Shown: positions 17,895 through 27,400 of the stretch, piece by piece | Layout of the letters: each line of letters opens with the position of its first letter | Position numbering within the stretch: position 1 is the first letter of the stretch | Source: Thermoplasmatota archaeon | GTDB lineage: Archaea > Thermoplasmatota > Penumbrarchaeia > Penumbrarchaeales > Penumbrarchaeaceae | NCBI GenBank assembly: GCA_965234725.1 | Contig: CBDDUX010000048.1 | Span: 1 to 35,676 of the forward strand | DNA length: 35,676 nt | Direction of reading: 5' to 3' | The notes under the pieces: model-generated | Databases searched by the model: none | What the model was told of the DNA's origin: nothing | What the model saw: the letters and a program-made list of their open reading frames with translations, nothing else | Program-made: the position numbers and the translations under genes

Positions 17895-19706
17895 ACTTTC
17901 TTTCTTGTAACTGATCATCTTGACGGCCTTTCCACTGATCCCGGATGTCATCACATTACCAGGGATAAGGGCTCGGCCGACTCCCCTGAGGTCCTTTCCA
18001 TGACCTATCAGAACAATGTCCATGGGTCTGATATCTCCTGATGTTCCCATAACACCCTGTGAGAAAAGCGTTCCTTTGGGTGTGAAATCACCGGTCAACA
18101 CCCTTTTTCCCTGACCCTCTGAATTCCACATCATTTCGGCTCCCTGAAGTGTCGGGACCGGACCACCTTTCTGTAGGTCGAAGAGAGATATTTTTCCCCT
18201 CATGAGTTCTATTCCTCGCCAGCTCCTCTTTATCCGGAAACCCTCCATCGGTTCAAGATGGACCTTGAGTGAGAATTCTATGAGCTTCAGAGCCTCAAGG
18301 ATCTCGTTCCTTCTCCCCTCCATGATCACCTGGTCCTGCATCTTTGATGCAAGGACCTCGCGTAAAACATCTTCAGGTCTTCTCCCCTCCTTTTCGGAAA
18401 GGAGATGAACATCGACGAATTCGACCCCATCAAAGATACCATCCGATCCTTCCGGGAAGAATTCCCTGCTTTCCCTGTGGAAGGATACGATGGTCCGGAA
18501 ATCACCCTTTTTGATCACAGAGGAGGTCAGGCCCCTGATGATCTCGATCTCGTCATGGAACCAGGAACCTGTTACTGGTATATCGTAATGGGATGCTGGA
18601 TACAGGCTCTCCAGCTCCATAGGGACAACTCCGATCGGTGAGGTCAGGACAAGTCTCTGGCATATTGCCTTCCAACCTTTTACCGATGAAAGCTCCTTTG
18701 CTATCCTGGTATGGGTCCTGGACCCTGAATAGGGCTTGGAGGCGGAGCAGGGAAGGAGCAGGAGGACCTTCTTATGTTCCAGGGGAGTGAAATCATTCTT
18801 CAAACGCTCCCTCCATAACCTGAAATCAGGGGAATTCAGATCATCTCTGTATGTGACCGGAACCTGTTCGTTCCTCCTCCAGGAATGAGTATGCGATAAG
18901 ATATCCCAGTTATCACCTCTCTCCATCCTTCGGAGGACGGACATCCAGGCCGGTTTCCCTGACAGGACTCCCATCACATGCTCCCTGAGCTTGCCTTCTT
19001 TCAATTTGAGATGGGCCATGGCCAATCTTCGGACCATCATTGCAACATTGTGATCCGATACCGATCTGGGGGATATACCATCCTTTCCACTCTCCCGACA
19101 GGCTTTACAAGAGCAGACAGATTCCACTCCTCCTATACCGATAACAGCCTCAGTGCTGATATAGGACGACATCGTGTAAAAACGGCCTGAAAAGGCTTCC
19201 ATTTTCGCCCGTGATGTGTCGAATATTTCAACACCCAGATAGAAGAGGACCTCAAGGTCCTCGGAACCCCCGGCTCCTGGAAGATATAATGGTGATGATG
19301 ATGGTCCGATCCTCTTCATCTCTTCCAGGACCCTTGTGATCGCGTGAGGGTCATCCATTATGGTCGATGAGAGTCTCTCGGATGTCAAAGGGATCTCGGT
19401 CAGGTCCTCATTCCTTCCCATTTTGAACCTGTTCCGGGAAAGGCCGATACCAGTTGCAAGGTCGATCGCACCTGCAAGTTTCAGGGCCCTTTGAACCTCT
19501 TCCTGGATGGGACCTTTTCTGTTCAGATCCTCCGGTGTATCATGTTCGATCTTGAGTTCAGGATCAAAGGGGTAGAGGGTCCTGCATTCATCAGAAAGGT
19601 CTATGAGGATGGGAAGGTCGATCCTTTCCTTTTCCCTTTCAAGCTGTCCGCATATCGTGGGTCCGTCCATTATGTCGGTCCTGTATCTCCATGGGGAAGA
19701 TTCCAT
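17889..19706 (-). CDS. arcS: Archaeosine synthase subunit ArcS with C-terminal PUA domain
   Basis: Degenerate TGT-like N-terminal half (LFYLGVEIFD, CSCKAC...HN). Signature LLLPCSASKPYSGSRTH, LTSPIGVVPMELE and YDIPVTGSW. PUA-like segment GTLFSQGV...IRPMDIV...GVGRA. Confidence 0.88.
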   Translation of the reverse strand: MESSPWRYRTDIMDGPTICGQLEREKERIDLPILIDLSDECRTLYPFDPELKIEHDTPEDLNRKGPIQEEVQRALKLAGAIDLATGIGLSRNRFKMGRNEDLTEIPLTSERLSSTIMDDPHAITRVLEEMKRIGPSSSPLYLPGAGGSEDLEVLFYLGVEIFDTSRAKMEAFSGRFYTMSSYISTEAVIGIGGVESVCSCKACRESGKDGISPRSVSDHNVAMMVRRLAMAHLKLKEGKLREHVMGVLSGKPAWMSVLRRMERGDNWDILSHTHSWRRNEQVPVTYRDDLNSPDFRLWRERLKNDFTPLEHKKVLLLLPCSASKPYSGSRTHTRIAKELSSVKGWKAICQRLVLTSPIGVVPMELESLYPASHYDIPVTGSWFHDEIEIIRGLTSSVIKKGDFRTIVSFHRESREFFPEGSDGIFDGVEFVDVHLLSEKEGRRPEDVLREVLASKMQDQVIMEGRRNEILEALKLIEFSLKVHLEPMEGFRIKRSWRGIELMRGKISLFDLQKGGPVPTLQGAEMMWNSEGQGKRVLTGDFTPKGTLFSQGVMGTSGDIRPMDIVLIGHGKDLRGVGRALIPGNVMTSGISGKAVKMISYKKESS

Positions 19707-19722
19707 AGAAGCACCCCGGGTC

Positions 19723-20148
19723 CTAAACGTAGGACCTCATGGAATCCTTCTTGAATCCCTTCCACATCTTTGCGACCTTTTCCTTGATCTCTGTCAGATC
19801 CTCTGTGGTCTCTGATGGTTTGCCCGGTTCGGCGGTCCTGAAGAGGACCTTCTTCACATGAAAACTATCGAAGGGAACGTCTTCCCTCTTGAGCGCATTG
19901 CTGACCATGTCGTTTATGAAGAAGATCAGATCCTTGTATGTAAGCATCTGTTTTGGTATGATATGGACGGCGAAAACTGCAGCAGAAGAGATCTCCACGA
20001 TGTCAACGACCAGTTTGTCCTCTATCTCCTTCACTATCTCGTATCCGTCGAGGGCATCCGCAAGATTGAACATCTGCTCCCCGGTCAATTCTTCTTCCGT
20101 ATCGAGGGCAATGATCACATCCAGTGGGTTCTGAACAATGACCGTCAA
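19723..20148 (-). CDS. Hypothetical protein upstream of arcS
   Basis: 141-aa ORF with a GGTGA RBS before a TTG start. It fills the gap and is co-oriented with arcS, 16 nt upstream. Confidence 0.7.
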   Translation of the reverse strand: MTVIVQNPLDVIIALDTEEELTGEQMFNLADALDGYEIVKEIEDKLVVDIVEISSAAVFAVHIIPKQMLTYKDLIFFINDMVSNALKREDVPFDSFHVKKVLFRTAEPGKPSETTEDLTEIKEKVAKMWKGFKKDSMRSYV

Positions 20149-20242
20149 TTTTTCACCGAAGTGACCTAGGACCTTCTTACTTAAATCCTTTTTCTTGGGG
20201 TTAACGACAAATGAATTTGTGAACTATCAGAGAAAACACTGA

Positions 20243-20983
20243 TCATGTATTGATATCAGGCAGGTCAAGCAACTCATAGTAGACGGACCTACCTCTCTGT
20301 TCCTTGCATATCATCTCGGCCTTCTTCATCCTCTCCATATGCCAGTGGACAGTGGAGGGCGATACATCCAGGGCCTGGACGATCTCGTTCTGGCTCTTGG
20401 AACCATCCCTGAGGAGTTCGACAATGCTCCTTGACGTGTCATTCGAAAGGATCGAGGAGACCTCGTCGCTGTGGGCCTTTGCCATCGCCTTGGAATAACC
20501 CATTGAGGAGGGATAGTATCTTCTTTCCTTGGATCCCTTCTCTGAAAGGATCTTCCCCCCTTTTTCAAGTTTCATGATATGATATGATACGGCTCCCTGG
20601 GAAAGCTGGAGCTCCCTTCTTATGGAGGTAAGATTGATGCCCGGATTCACTGTTATCAGGTCCAGCAGGTCCATTCTAACGATGTTCTCTCCCCTCCTGG
20701 CCTTCATGTAGACCATTCCGGTCAATGCCAGAAAAACCGTAGCAGCGATAAGGCTTGCAGATACCAGCCCCAATATCCAGGTGGGGATCTCCTCTTCGGT
20801 CCTGATTTCAGCTGGTTGATCAGGGGATGAGGGATCCTTTTCCGGAATGATATCCTCATTCACAGTAATATCTTCTGAGAACGGATCATCCGCTATCATG
20901 ATATATGCCGAAAAAGCGGTTCCCGATATGGCTACGATCAGAGCAATGATAATACCGATTCGGAAGAGATTCTGTCGATCCAT
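20243..20983 (-). CDS. Membrane-anchored transcriptional regulator with two TM helices and tandem winged-HTH domains
   Basis: Two TM segments, then LITVNPGINLTSIRRELQLSQGAVSYHIMKLEK and KSQNEIVQALDVSPSTVHWHMERM...RGRSVYY. I prefer ATG 20983 to 21046 because a TTTAAA box lies about 25 nt upstream (21008-21013). Confidence 0.82.
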   Translation of the reverse strand: MDRQNLFRIGIIIALIVAISGTAFSAYIMIADDPFSEDITVNEDIIPEKDPSSPDQPAEIRTEEEIPTWILGLVSASLIAATVFLALTGMVYMKARRGENIVRMDLLDLITVNPGINLTSIRRELQLSQGAVSYHIMKLEKGGKILSEKGSKERRYYPSSMGYSKAMAKAHSDEVSSILSNDTSRSIVELLRDGSKSQNEIVQALDVSPSTVHWHMERMKKAEMICKEQRGRSVYYELLDLPDINT

Positions 20984-21042
20984 GGTTATTTTCCAGTGAT
21001 TTCTGAATTTAAAGTTTCCGGCTATTGAATGGAAATGAGGGC

Positions 21043-21372
21043 TCATTCCTTCTTCTTCTTTTCCTTCCTGTTATCCTCTGGCTTGGAAAGGTCCTCGAGA
21101 ACGACCGACTCCCTCATCAATCTGATGACCCCTGCACAGGATACACAGGTGAGTTCCTCATTGCTGTAGCATCCTGATCTGCAGATCCATCTTCCACAGA
21201 AAGGACATTGTGTTATCTCCGCCCTCCCGGCGGACCTCAAACACAGGTCGCAGATGTATCCTTCCATCGTCTCGAGGTCCTCTTCAGGGGGATCTCCCTG
21301 TTTTCTGACGATTTTGATCCTTTTAAGAACTTTGTTGTAGAGGGGCTCCTTCCTGGCTACGATGGTGCTCAC
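21043..21372 (-). CDS. Eight-Cys zinc-finger protein
   Basis: CDLC, CPFC, CRSGC and CVSC motifs. GTGA overlap with the upstream gene. Confidence 0.8.
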   Translation of the reverse strand: MSTIVARKEPLYNKVLKRIKIVRKQGDPPEEDLETMEGYICDLCLRSAGRAEITQCPFCGRWICRSGCYSNEELTCVSCAGVIRLMRESVVLEDLSKPEDNRKEKKKKE

Positions 21373-21827
21373 CTCCTCCCTTTACTCCCATTTCCGGATT
21401 GAGGAAAAAGTTTCTTTTCGGTATCTTTGATCTCGTCAATACGGGTTTCTGCCCATCTGAGTTCCGCACCTCTCTCAGACCTGCGTAGTCGGTCCTCGAG
21501 TTCGTTCAATTTGAAGATTGCCTTCCTTGAAACAACGGAGCTATCTTCCCAGATCGCATAGAGGTGTTCCCTCTCGCTGGGTTTAAGCATCGAGATCGAA
21601 TCCCTCAAAGCTTTCCTCTTCTGGTCCTGTGCATATCTCTTCAATTTCTGGACCTTTGCTTCCAGTTCATCCAGCTTGGTCCTGCTGGAGAGCCTTGACC
21701 ATTGATCTATCACCATCAGAACGGCTATTATGATTATGGAGATGAAAAGTGAGAGGAGCAATAGGACTATGTTGTCGGAGATGGCATCGTTGACAAGGAG
21801 CCACGGATTCAACATTGGGTCAAACAT
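21369..21827 (-). CDS. N-terminally membrane-anchored coiled-coil protein (paralog B)
   Basis: TM segment LLLLSLFISIIIIAVLMVI followed by a charged helical region ending RIDEIKDTEKKL. Confidence 0.8.
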   Translation of the reverse strand: MFDPMLNPWLLVNDAISDNIVLLLLSLFISIIIIAVLMVIDQWSRLSSRTKLDELEAKVQKLKRYAQDQKRKALRDSISMLKPSEREHLYAIWEDSSVVSRKAIFKLNELEDRLRRSERGAELRWAETRIDEIKDTEKKLFPQSGNGSKGRR

Positions 21828-21836
21828 TACCTTACC

Positions 21837-22223
21837 TCACAGAGTCATTTCATGATAGGTGCAGAAGGGACATTCCTTTCTGTAGTTCTTGAACCTTGAA
21901 CATTTGGGGCAGAAGGCCGCCCCCAATTTGAATTTGGGTGCGGGTCTTTCCGATGAGAAGAGTATGGATTCCATCTCATCTGCAACAGCCTGGGACCTGA
22001 TCTCTACTTTTGCCTGTTCAACAAGGGCATGCAATCCCTCAACGGAAAGGTCGATGTCATAGAGGTCTATCAGGTATATCTTCAATGCCTCGAGGTCCTT
22101 TCTGTCATGGCCTTCCCTGTGGGCCAGGGTGAATTCTCTCACTGCCATGGCAGAAGGTCCGGACACCTCCACATGGTCCTTGTTGACAGGTGTCTTCTTA
22201 ACCTTCTTTACGACCTTGGTCAT
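21837..22223 (-). CDS. Protein with C-terminal zinc ribbon
   Basis: FCPKCSRFKNYRKECPFC. It starts 2 nt after the upstream stop. Confidence 0.78.
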   Translation of the reverse strand: MTKVVKKVKKTPVNKDHVEVSGPSAMAVREFTLAHREGHDRKDLEALKIYLIDLYDIDLSVEGLHALVEQAKVEIRSQAVADEMESILFSSERPAPKFKLGAAFCPKCSRFKNYRKECPFCTYHEMTL

Positions 22224-22225
22224 GC

Positions 22226-22636
22226 TCAGGACCCCCTTCCCGGACCGGATTCCATCTTGTCCTCGTATGTCTTGATCTTATGGAGGGTCTCGAAAAGGTC
22301 CACGGTCTCGTTCATCAGCTCCAGCTTCTTGGTCCTGGCATCTGCCAATACCATTCCCTTGTCAAGCTTTCCCTTCAGGATCCTTGTATTCTCAATTGTC
22401 TCATCGAAATCCCTGAGGTCCTTCTGGGTCCATTCCACAGAGTCCTCGATCAGATTCTCAAGATGGGCCTGTTTTGAGAGCAGGTCCATTTTTAAAAGGG
22501 CGATCTCCCTGGAAGCATTTCTTATGCGGACTTTCCTCCTTATTATCCTGATCAGGATCACAGAGAACATCACGATCGTGATAGTAAAAAGTAGAGCAAT
22601 TATGATAAGATGTAAACTGTCCCCAATCTCAGCCAT
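22226..22636 (-). CDS. N-terminally membrane-anchored coiled-coil protein (paralog A)
   Basis: TM segment LIIIALLFTITIVMFSVILI, then RIIRRKVR and a helical region ending LHKIKTYEDKM. Confidence 0.8.
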   Translation of the reverse strand: MAEIGDSLHLIIIALLFTITIVMFSVILIRIIRRKVRIRNASREIALLKMDLLSKQAHLENLIEDSVEWTQKDLRDFDETIENTRILKGKLDKGMVLADARTKKLELMNETVDLFETLHKIKTYEDKMESGPGRGS

Positions 22637-22734
22637 ATTATATCAACTCAATATCGCTTTATCTATTATTATTTCTTTGTGGTTGATAAAATCGACCCAT
22701 TTATGGTACGATTACAATGGTTTCCCATTAATAT

Positions 22735-23415
22735 ATGAAAAGCATTGGCCACAGTATGACAACGCAGGAACCCTATGGTATGGAAAAGGACCTGAAGACG
22801 CTTCGAGGTGGATCATCCAGGCATTCCGCCAGATTGGAAGGCCAGTTCCTCGGCATATTCCCCTCCACTGACCTGGAGATAGAGACACGTGAAGGACGCG
22901 TTGAAAAGAGGGGGATGATAATAAAAGGGATCAAGGACCCCCATCTCAAGATAGATCTTGATGTCGAGGACCTCAAGAAGGACCGTGGTGCTTTCGAGGA
23001 AATGCTCCACATCATTGGACTGGACCCCAAGGAGGCGGATTTCGAGGTCCTTTCGGTTCTGGAGAAGGTCCTGAGGGCCTTCGCGAAAGCTCAGTTCAAG
23101 AACCTTGCCGAGGTGAATTTCGACGGGAAGAAGGTCTATGAACATCCGGAGCTGGATTTCGATCTCAGAAAGGTCCTGAAGAACATCAAGGACCTGGACC
23201 ACGATTTCTCCAAAGCCGAAGAAGCAGAGGCGCTCATCCTGGAGCATGAAGAGGGAGATACCAAGGCCAGGATCAAAGTTGACAGGGTCCATACGGACTT
23301 CGGCCATGATATCGATATAAGGATCGACGGGGAGATATCTGGAGAAATGCTCCGGAGAATAATCAATTATCTGGAAGAGAACCTGAAGATCGAAGAGCTC
23401 CTGGGCGGACCTTAA
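22735..23415 (+). CDS. Hypothetical acidic soluble protein (start uncertain: 22735, 22756 or 22780)
   Basis: 226-aa ORF with protein-like composition and GC-ending codons, divergent from the four-gene operon. Confidence 0.72.
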   Translation: MKSIGHSMTTQEPYGMEKDLKTLRGGSSRHSARLEGQFLGIFPSTDLEIETREGRVEKRGMIIKGIKDPHLKIDLDVEDLKKDRGAFEEMLHIIGLDPKEADFEVLSVLEKVLRAFAKAQFKNLAEVNFDGKKVYEHPELDFDLRKVLKNIKDLDHDFSKAEEAEALILEHEEGDTKARIKVDRVHTDFGHDIDIRIDGEISGEMLRRIINYLEENLKIEELLGGP

Positions 23416-24467
23416 TCCTCCTCGAAGTTCTCCCATGGCTTATCCTCATGCAGGATCAAAGCATCGACAACGGCCTTCCTAAGTTCCTCCAATCCCTCTC
23501 CGGAATCAGCTGACACATGGTATTTGCCAATGAATTTCCTACCGATCAACTTCAATGTCTCATCCAAGGGGTCGAGTGTCACATTCTCAGGGAGTTCCAG
23601 ATCGGATTTGTTGATCACTATTATTATGTCCATGTCCGGAATTGCTTCCACCGTCTTCCTAAGGAGCTCGAGTTGAGGCTCCAGTGGGAACCCGCAGTGG
23701 CCTGTTGGGTCTATCATGAAAATACAGGTTTTGGTAAGGAGATTGATTGCGAGGATGGCCTGTCTCTCTATGGAGTTACGCTCCTCGAAGGGCCTGTCCA
23801 GAAGCCCGGGTGTATCGATTATCTGATATCTGCTCCTGCGATATTCGAAATAGCCTACCGTAAGCTCCTGGGTGGTGAAAGGGTAGGATGCAACCTTCGG
23901 GTCAGCAGTTGATAGCATCTTCACAAGTTGGGATTTTCCTACGCTCGGATATCCTGCAACTACCGCTGTGGGATGTTTGGTGGAAATGGATGGGAGTGTC
24001 TTGAAAACCTCCCTGACCTCGTTCAATCGTCTGAGGTCCGAATCAAGGGCCCTTACCATGGAGGCGATCCTTCCGAAGGCTTCATGCCGTTTCAGGTCCA
24101 TATAATCCGGTTTGGAGGTCCTGGTGATCTGCCTTATGGTCTTGACCTTGATGGTATTGACCTCCTTTCTGACACCATCCAGACGACCCAGCATCCTTCT
24201 GATGTCATCTATCGGCTCTAGAATGTCGATCAAGGCTATGTAGAATGGAGAAAGATTGTTGAAAGAGGGGAAGGCCTTGACATATTTTTCCAATGTGGTA
24301 TCGATCACAGAGGCAAGGCTGTCAACCTTGGACTTGTTCAGTTTCTGCATGCGGAATCTGAAATCCGGATCGGATACCTGCACCTTCTGCGCTCTGCGAA
24401 AGGCCTTGCCAAGTAGCTCCTCGGATGTCATGATGGTGGGTATCTCGAACATCTCGATTGGCGCCAC
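23412..24467 (-). CDS. NOG1-family (Obg-like) ribosome biogenesis GTPase
   Basis: EELLGKAFRRA, FPSFNNLSPFY, G1 GYPSVGKS, ASYPFTT, G3 DTPGLLDRP...RNSIERQA and G4 NKSD. Confidence 0.95.
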   Translation of the reverse strand: MAPIEMFEIPTIMTSEELLGKAFRRAQKVQVSDPDFRFRMQKLNKSKVDSLASVIDTTLEKYVKAFPSFNNLSPFYIALIDILEPIDDIRRMLGRLDGVRKEVNTIKVKTIRQITRTSKPDYMDLKRHEAFGRIASMVRALDSDLRRLNEVREVFKTLPSISTKHPTAVVAGYPSVGKSQLVKMLSTADPKVASYPFTTQELTVGYFEYRRSRYQIIDTPGLLDRPFEERNSIERQAILAINLLTKTCIFMIDPTGHCGFPLEPQLELLRKTVEAIPDMDIIIVINKSDLELPENVTLDPLDETLKLIGRKFIGKYHVSADSGEGLEELRKAVVDALILHEDKPWENFEED

Positions 24468-24490
24468 ATGTTACTCGTAATTAAACCTTG

Positions 24491-27400
24491 TTAAGGAGTT
24501 GGTCCGTTTCCTGTCACTACTTGAGCAGGGGTCCCCTCCGTTGCAGGTTGTGAACTCTGAGAATTCAGATCGATATTCTGGGCCTTTACTCCGCCGGGAT
24601 CATTCGCTCCTGCCATCGGTCGATGGTATGATCCTCCGTCCCGCATGATCGATCCTGGTGGAAGAGTGGGGGTCTCCCTCGGCCCTAGATCCGGTCTTGA
24701 GTGGTCCATTGATGGTAGTGAGGGAGGAACATAACCACTGAGACCGGTCTGTGTTGGTGGTCCGTTGATGGGTGTGGCCATGGGAGGGGCGGGTATCATC
24801 CCTGAAGAACGCCTCCTCCTTGCAAGGACAAAGATCATTACGGAAATAAGGATAAGAAGGATGATCAAGGATAGAATGATGACAGCCATCACCAAGGAGT
24901 TATCATTTCCTCCATCCCCCCCTCCAGTATCGATTGGTTTATCTTCTTTTTCGATCTCAATATCGAATGTACCGTTCAACCAGAAATTCCTTCCCAGGTC
25001 ATCCATGACCCATAGGGATCCTGCTTCAGGAGCGGCAATAACAGTCCCTTCACCCTTCCAGGATCCGAATCCGCCTTCTTCCAGAAGGTCGATCGATGCT
25101 GCCTCCGTTCCATTCTCATCAAAGAGAAATAGGGTTACGGAAACAGGTCTGGATGAGGATGGGAATGACTGAATGGATGTTGTACAAGTGAAATTTGAGT
25201 TCAAGCGGACATAGACCTCTCCTTGATCGAACAGGGGAAGATCCGCATCCAGAACGAAGAGGACCTCCTGGAAAAGGGTGGCATTCTGCCCGTCTCCATC
25301 TATGACCTCAACATTAAGCGAATAAGGTCCGATCCCCCAAGAGCCATCCGTAGAGATCCTGGTTCTGTATTCATTGTTACCCCTGGCCTCCAAGAAGACA
25401 TCTATGGATCCTCCGTCCGGTCGTATCAGATAAGCTTCAACATCGAGAGGTAATGTTCCTCCGTCCTTATCCTCGATAGGGACGTAAAATGAGATGGAAT
25501 CTCCTCTCAGATATGATCCTCCGGGGTCACCGTTCGATCCTCCATAAGTGACAACAGGTATGGAGATCTCAGGAGCAATGGGGATCACTGTGAATATCGG
25601 TGATATGGTGAGGGTCCCGCCCTCCCTTTCATCATCCTGGTAATCCACCCTCAGAGTATAATCACCGATTGCAAGTCCTTTTCCGTCTACTTTTATGGTA
25701 TGGTTCTCGCCGTCACCGAGTTCGATATCTTTCTCGAGGATCGGTGTTCCTCCACCAGACCCTGTTGGTCCGACAACAAGCACCGAGATCGAACTTGATG
25801 GAAGACCTTCCGGATCGGAGTAACCAATTGTGAATGTGGCATCTTCCAACCTTGTGATCGTCATCCCGCCTCCATATATCAGGAACATGGAGGCAGGGAG
25901 GTTGAAGGTTCGGATGGTCTCGGACCAGGTAGCAATAGCATCATCTCTATCCCTGACCTCGGCAGAGAGCATCCAGTTCCCGGACCCCTCATCAGCAGGG
26001 ATCGTAAATTCGAACTGACCTTGATGGGATGATATATTTGTAAATCCTGAAGGTTCCAATCTACCCCCCAGGGCATCGGAACCATGCATTGTAACTTCTA
26101 GGTCCCCGTCAGGCGTATCAGGATCATCCCATGTCAGATTCACCATGAAAGTCCCCCCTCTTTCAACATCCAATGATCCTATTTTTCCAAGGAGAGAAGG
26201 TCCATAGTTGAGGACCCTGAAGGAGGAAGAGAGGATGCTCGTTGAAAAGGATCCATCCGGATCGGTATAGGTTCCTCTCAATGAATAGAATCCCAGGCTT
26301 GCATTCCAAGGAGGAGTGAAACTAATATGATAATCCACAACTTGATCACCAAGGTCGGATGTTATCAGGTCAGGAACAAATTTGCGGCCGTAAGGGCTCT
26401 CGACCAAAAGGTCCAGGTTATCAAAGGATATGTCCCGATCCTCATCTTTGATGGTTGCGGTGATGTTCAGGACCTCCGTCCTCCTGAGGGAGGTCCTCTC
26501 AATATCAAGATTGAGATCCGGTATCGAGTTCACTGTCAGGTTCCCAACGAACAGATTGTTCCTGGTATCATATTCCAGAATGGATGCGTCACCGTTCAGG
26601 ACCACCGAGAACTCATGGTTTCCTGCTATCGGTTCATCATCTGATGAGATATTGATGATCAGGTCCCCGTGGGCTGGTATGTCCACATTATCCTTCCATA
26701 TGCTATCTCCCTCGATGAAGAGCTCCACTTTTCCATCAACCACATCATTGTTACCCTTGTTATGGAGTCTGATGGAGAGATGAGGGATGCCTTCTTCATC
26801 CACAAAAGGTTCCACGGGTTCCACCCCCTCTATGAATCCCATATCCGGTCTTTCATTCAGGAAAGGAGCGCATTTTGGATCACCAACAACATACCCCATC
26901 CATGAGGCAAGCTCGGACCCCATCCAGAAGGATTCGGCCAGGTTGAATCCGCTGTAATACGCCGGCATCAGGATGTCAGCATGGGAGATGGCGGAAAGGA
27001 AAGGTTCCCATGCATACCCCTTGACCCCCGTAACACCATCGCGGATCAGGTCAGCGATCAGGGATTGCCCATACCATGTTCCATAGGTCTGGGACCTGCC
27101 TCCTGTTGATACGCATGTCTCGGCAATAGAACCCGGGATCCACTCGTTATGGGGCCTGATCACCCTGAGGTTCATCGAATCGAAGAATACATTACCTTCT
27201 CCCAAAAGCTCCAAGATGAACCTTATCTTGACAACACTGCTATCATTCTCCAAGGGGTCCTGGTAGGAGGCCCAGTTGAATGTTCCGGTCCTGTTGGCAA
27301 GTTCATGGCCCCAGACAAGTGAATCTCCCATGTCGTAGCCTTCCAGTATTATCCTGGCTCCCGGGGAGGTGACACCTTCGGCGTTGAGCTTACCATCTGC

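Noticed and set aside
8215-19805. EDLTEI peptide recurring in three unrelated proteins (SBBP tail, ArcS and the 141-aa ORF)
   Set aside because: Short, made of common residues, in different contexts and with divergent codons. Probably coincidence.
22029-22871. 280-aa plus-strand ORF
   Set aside because: Antisense shadow of two coherent minus-strand genes, and it overlaps the 22735 gene. No recognisable motif.
22813-23436. 207-aa minus-strand ORF
   Set aside because: Mirror frame of the plus-strand 22735-23415 gene. Its L/V/Q/D-rich composition is typical of antisense shadows.
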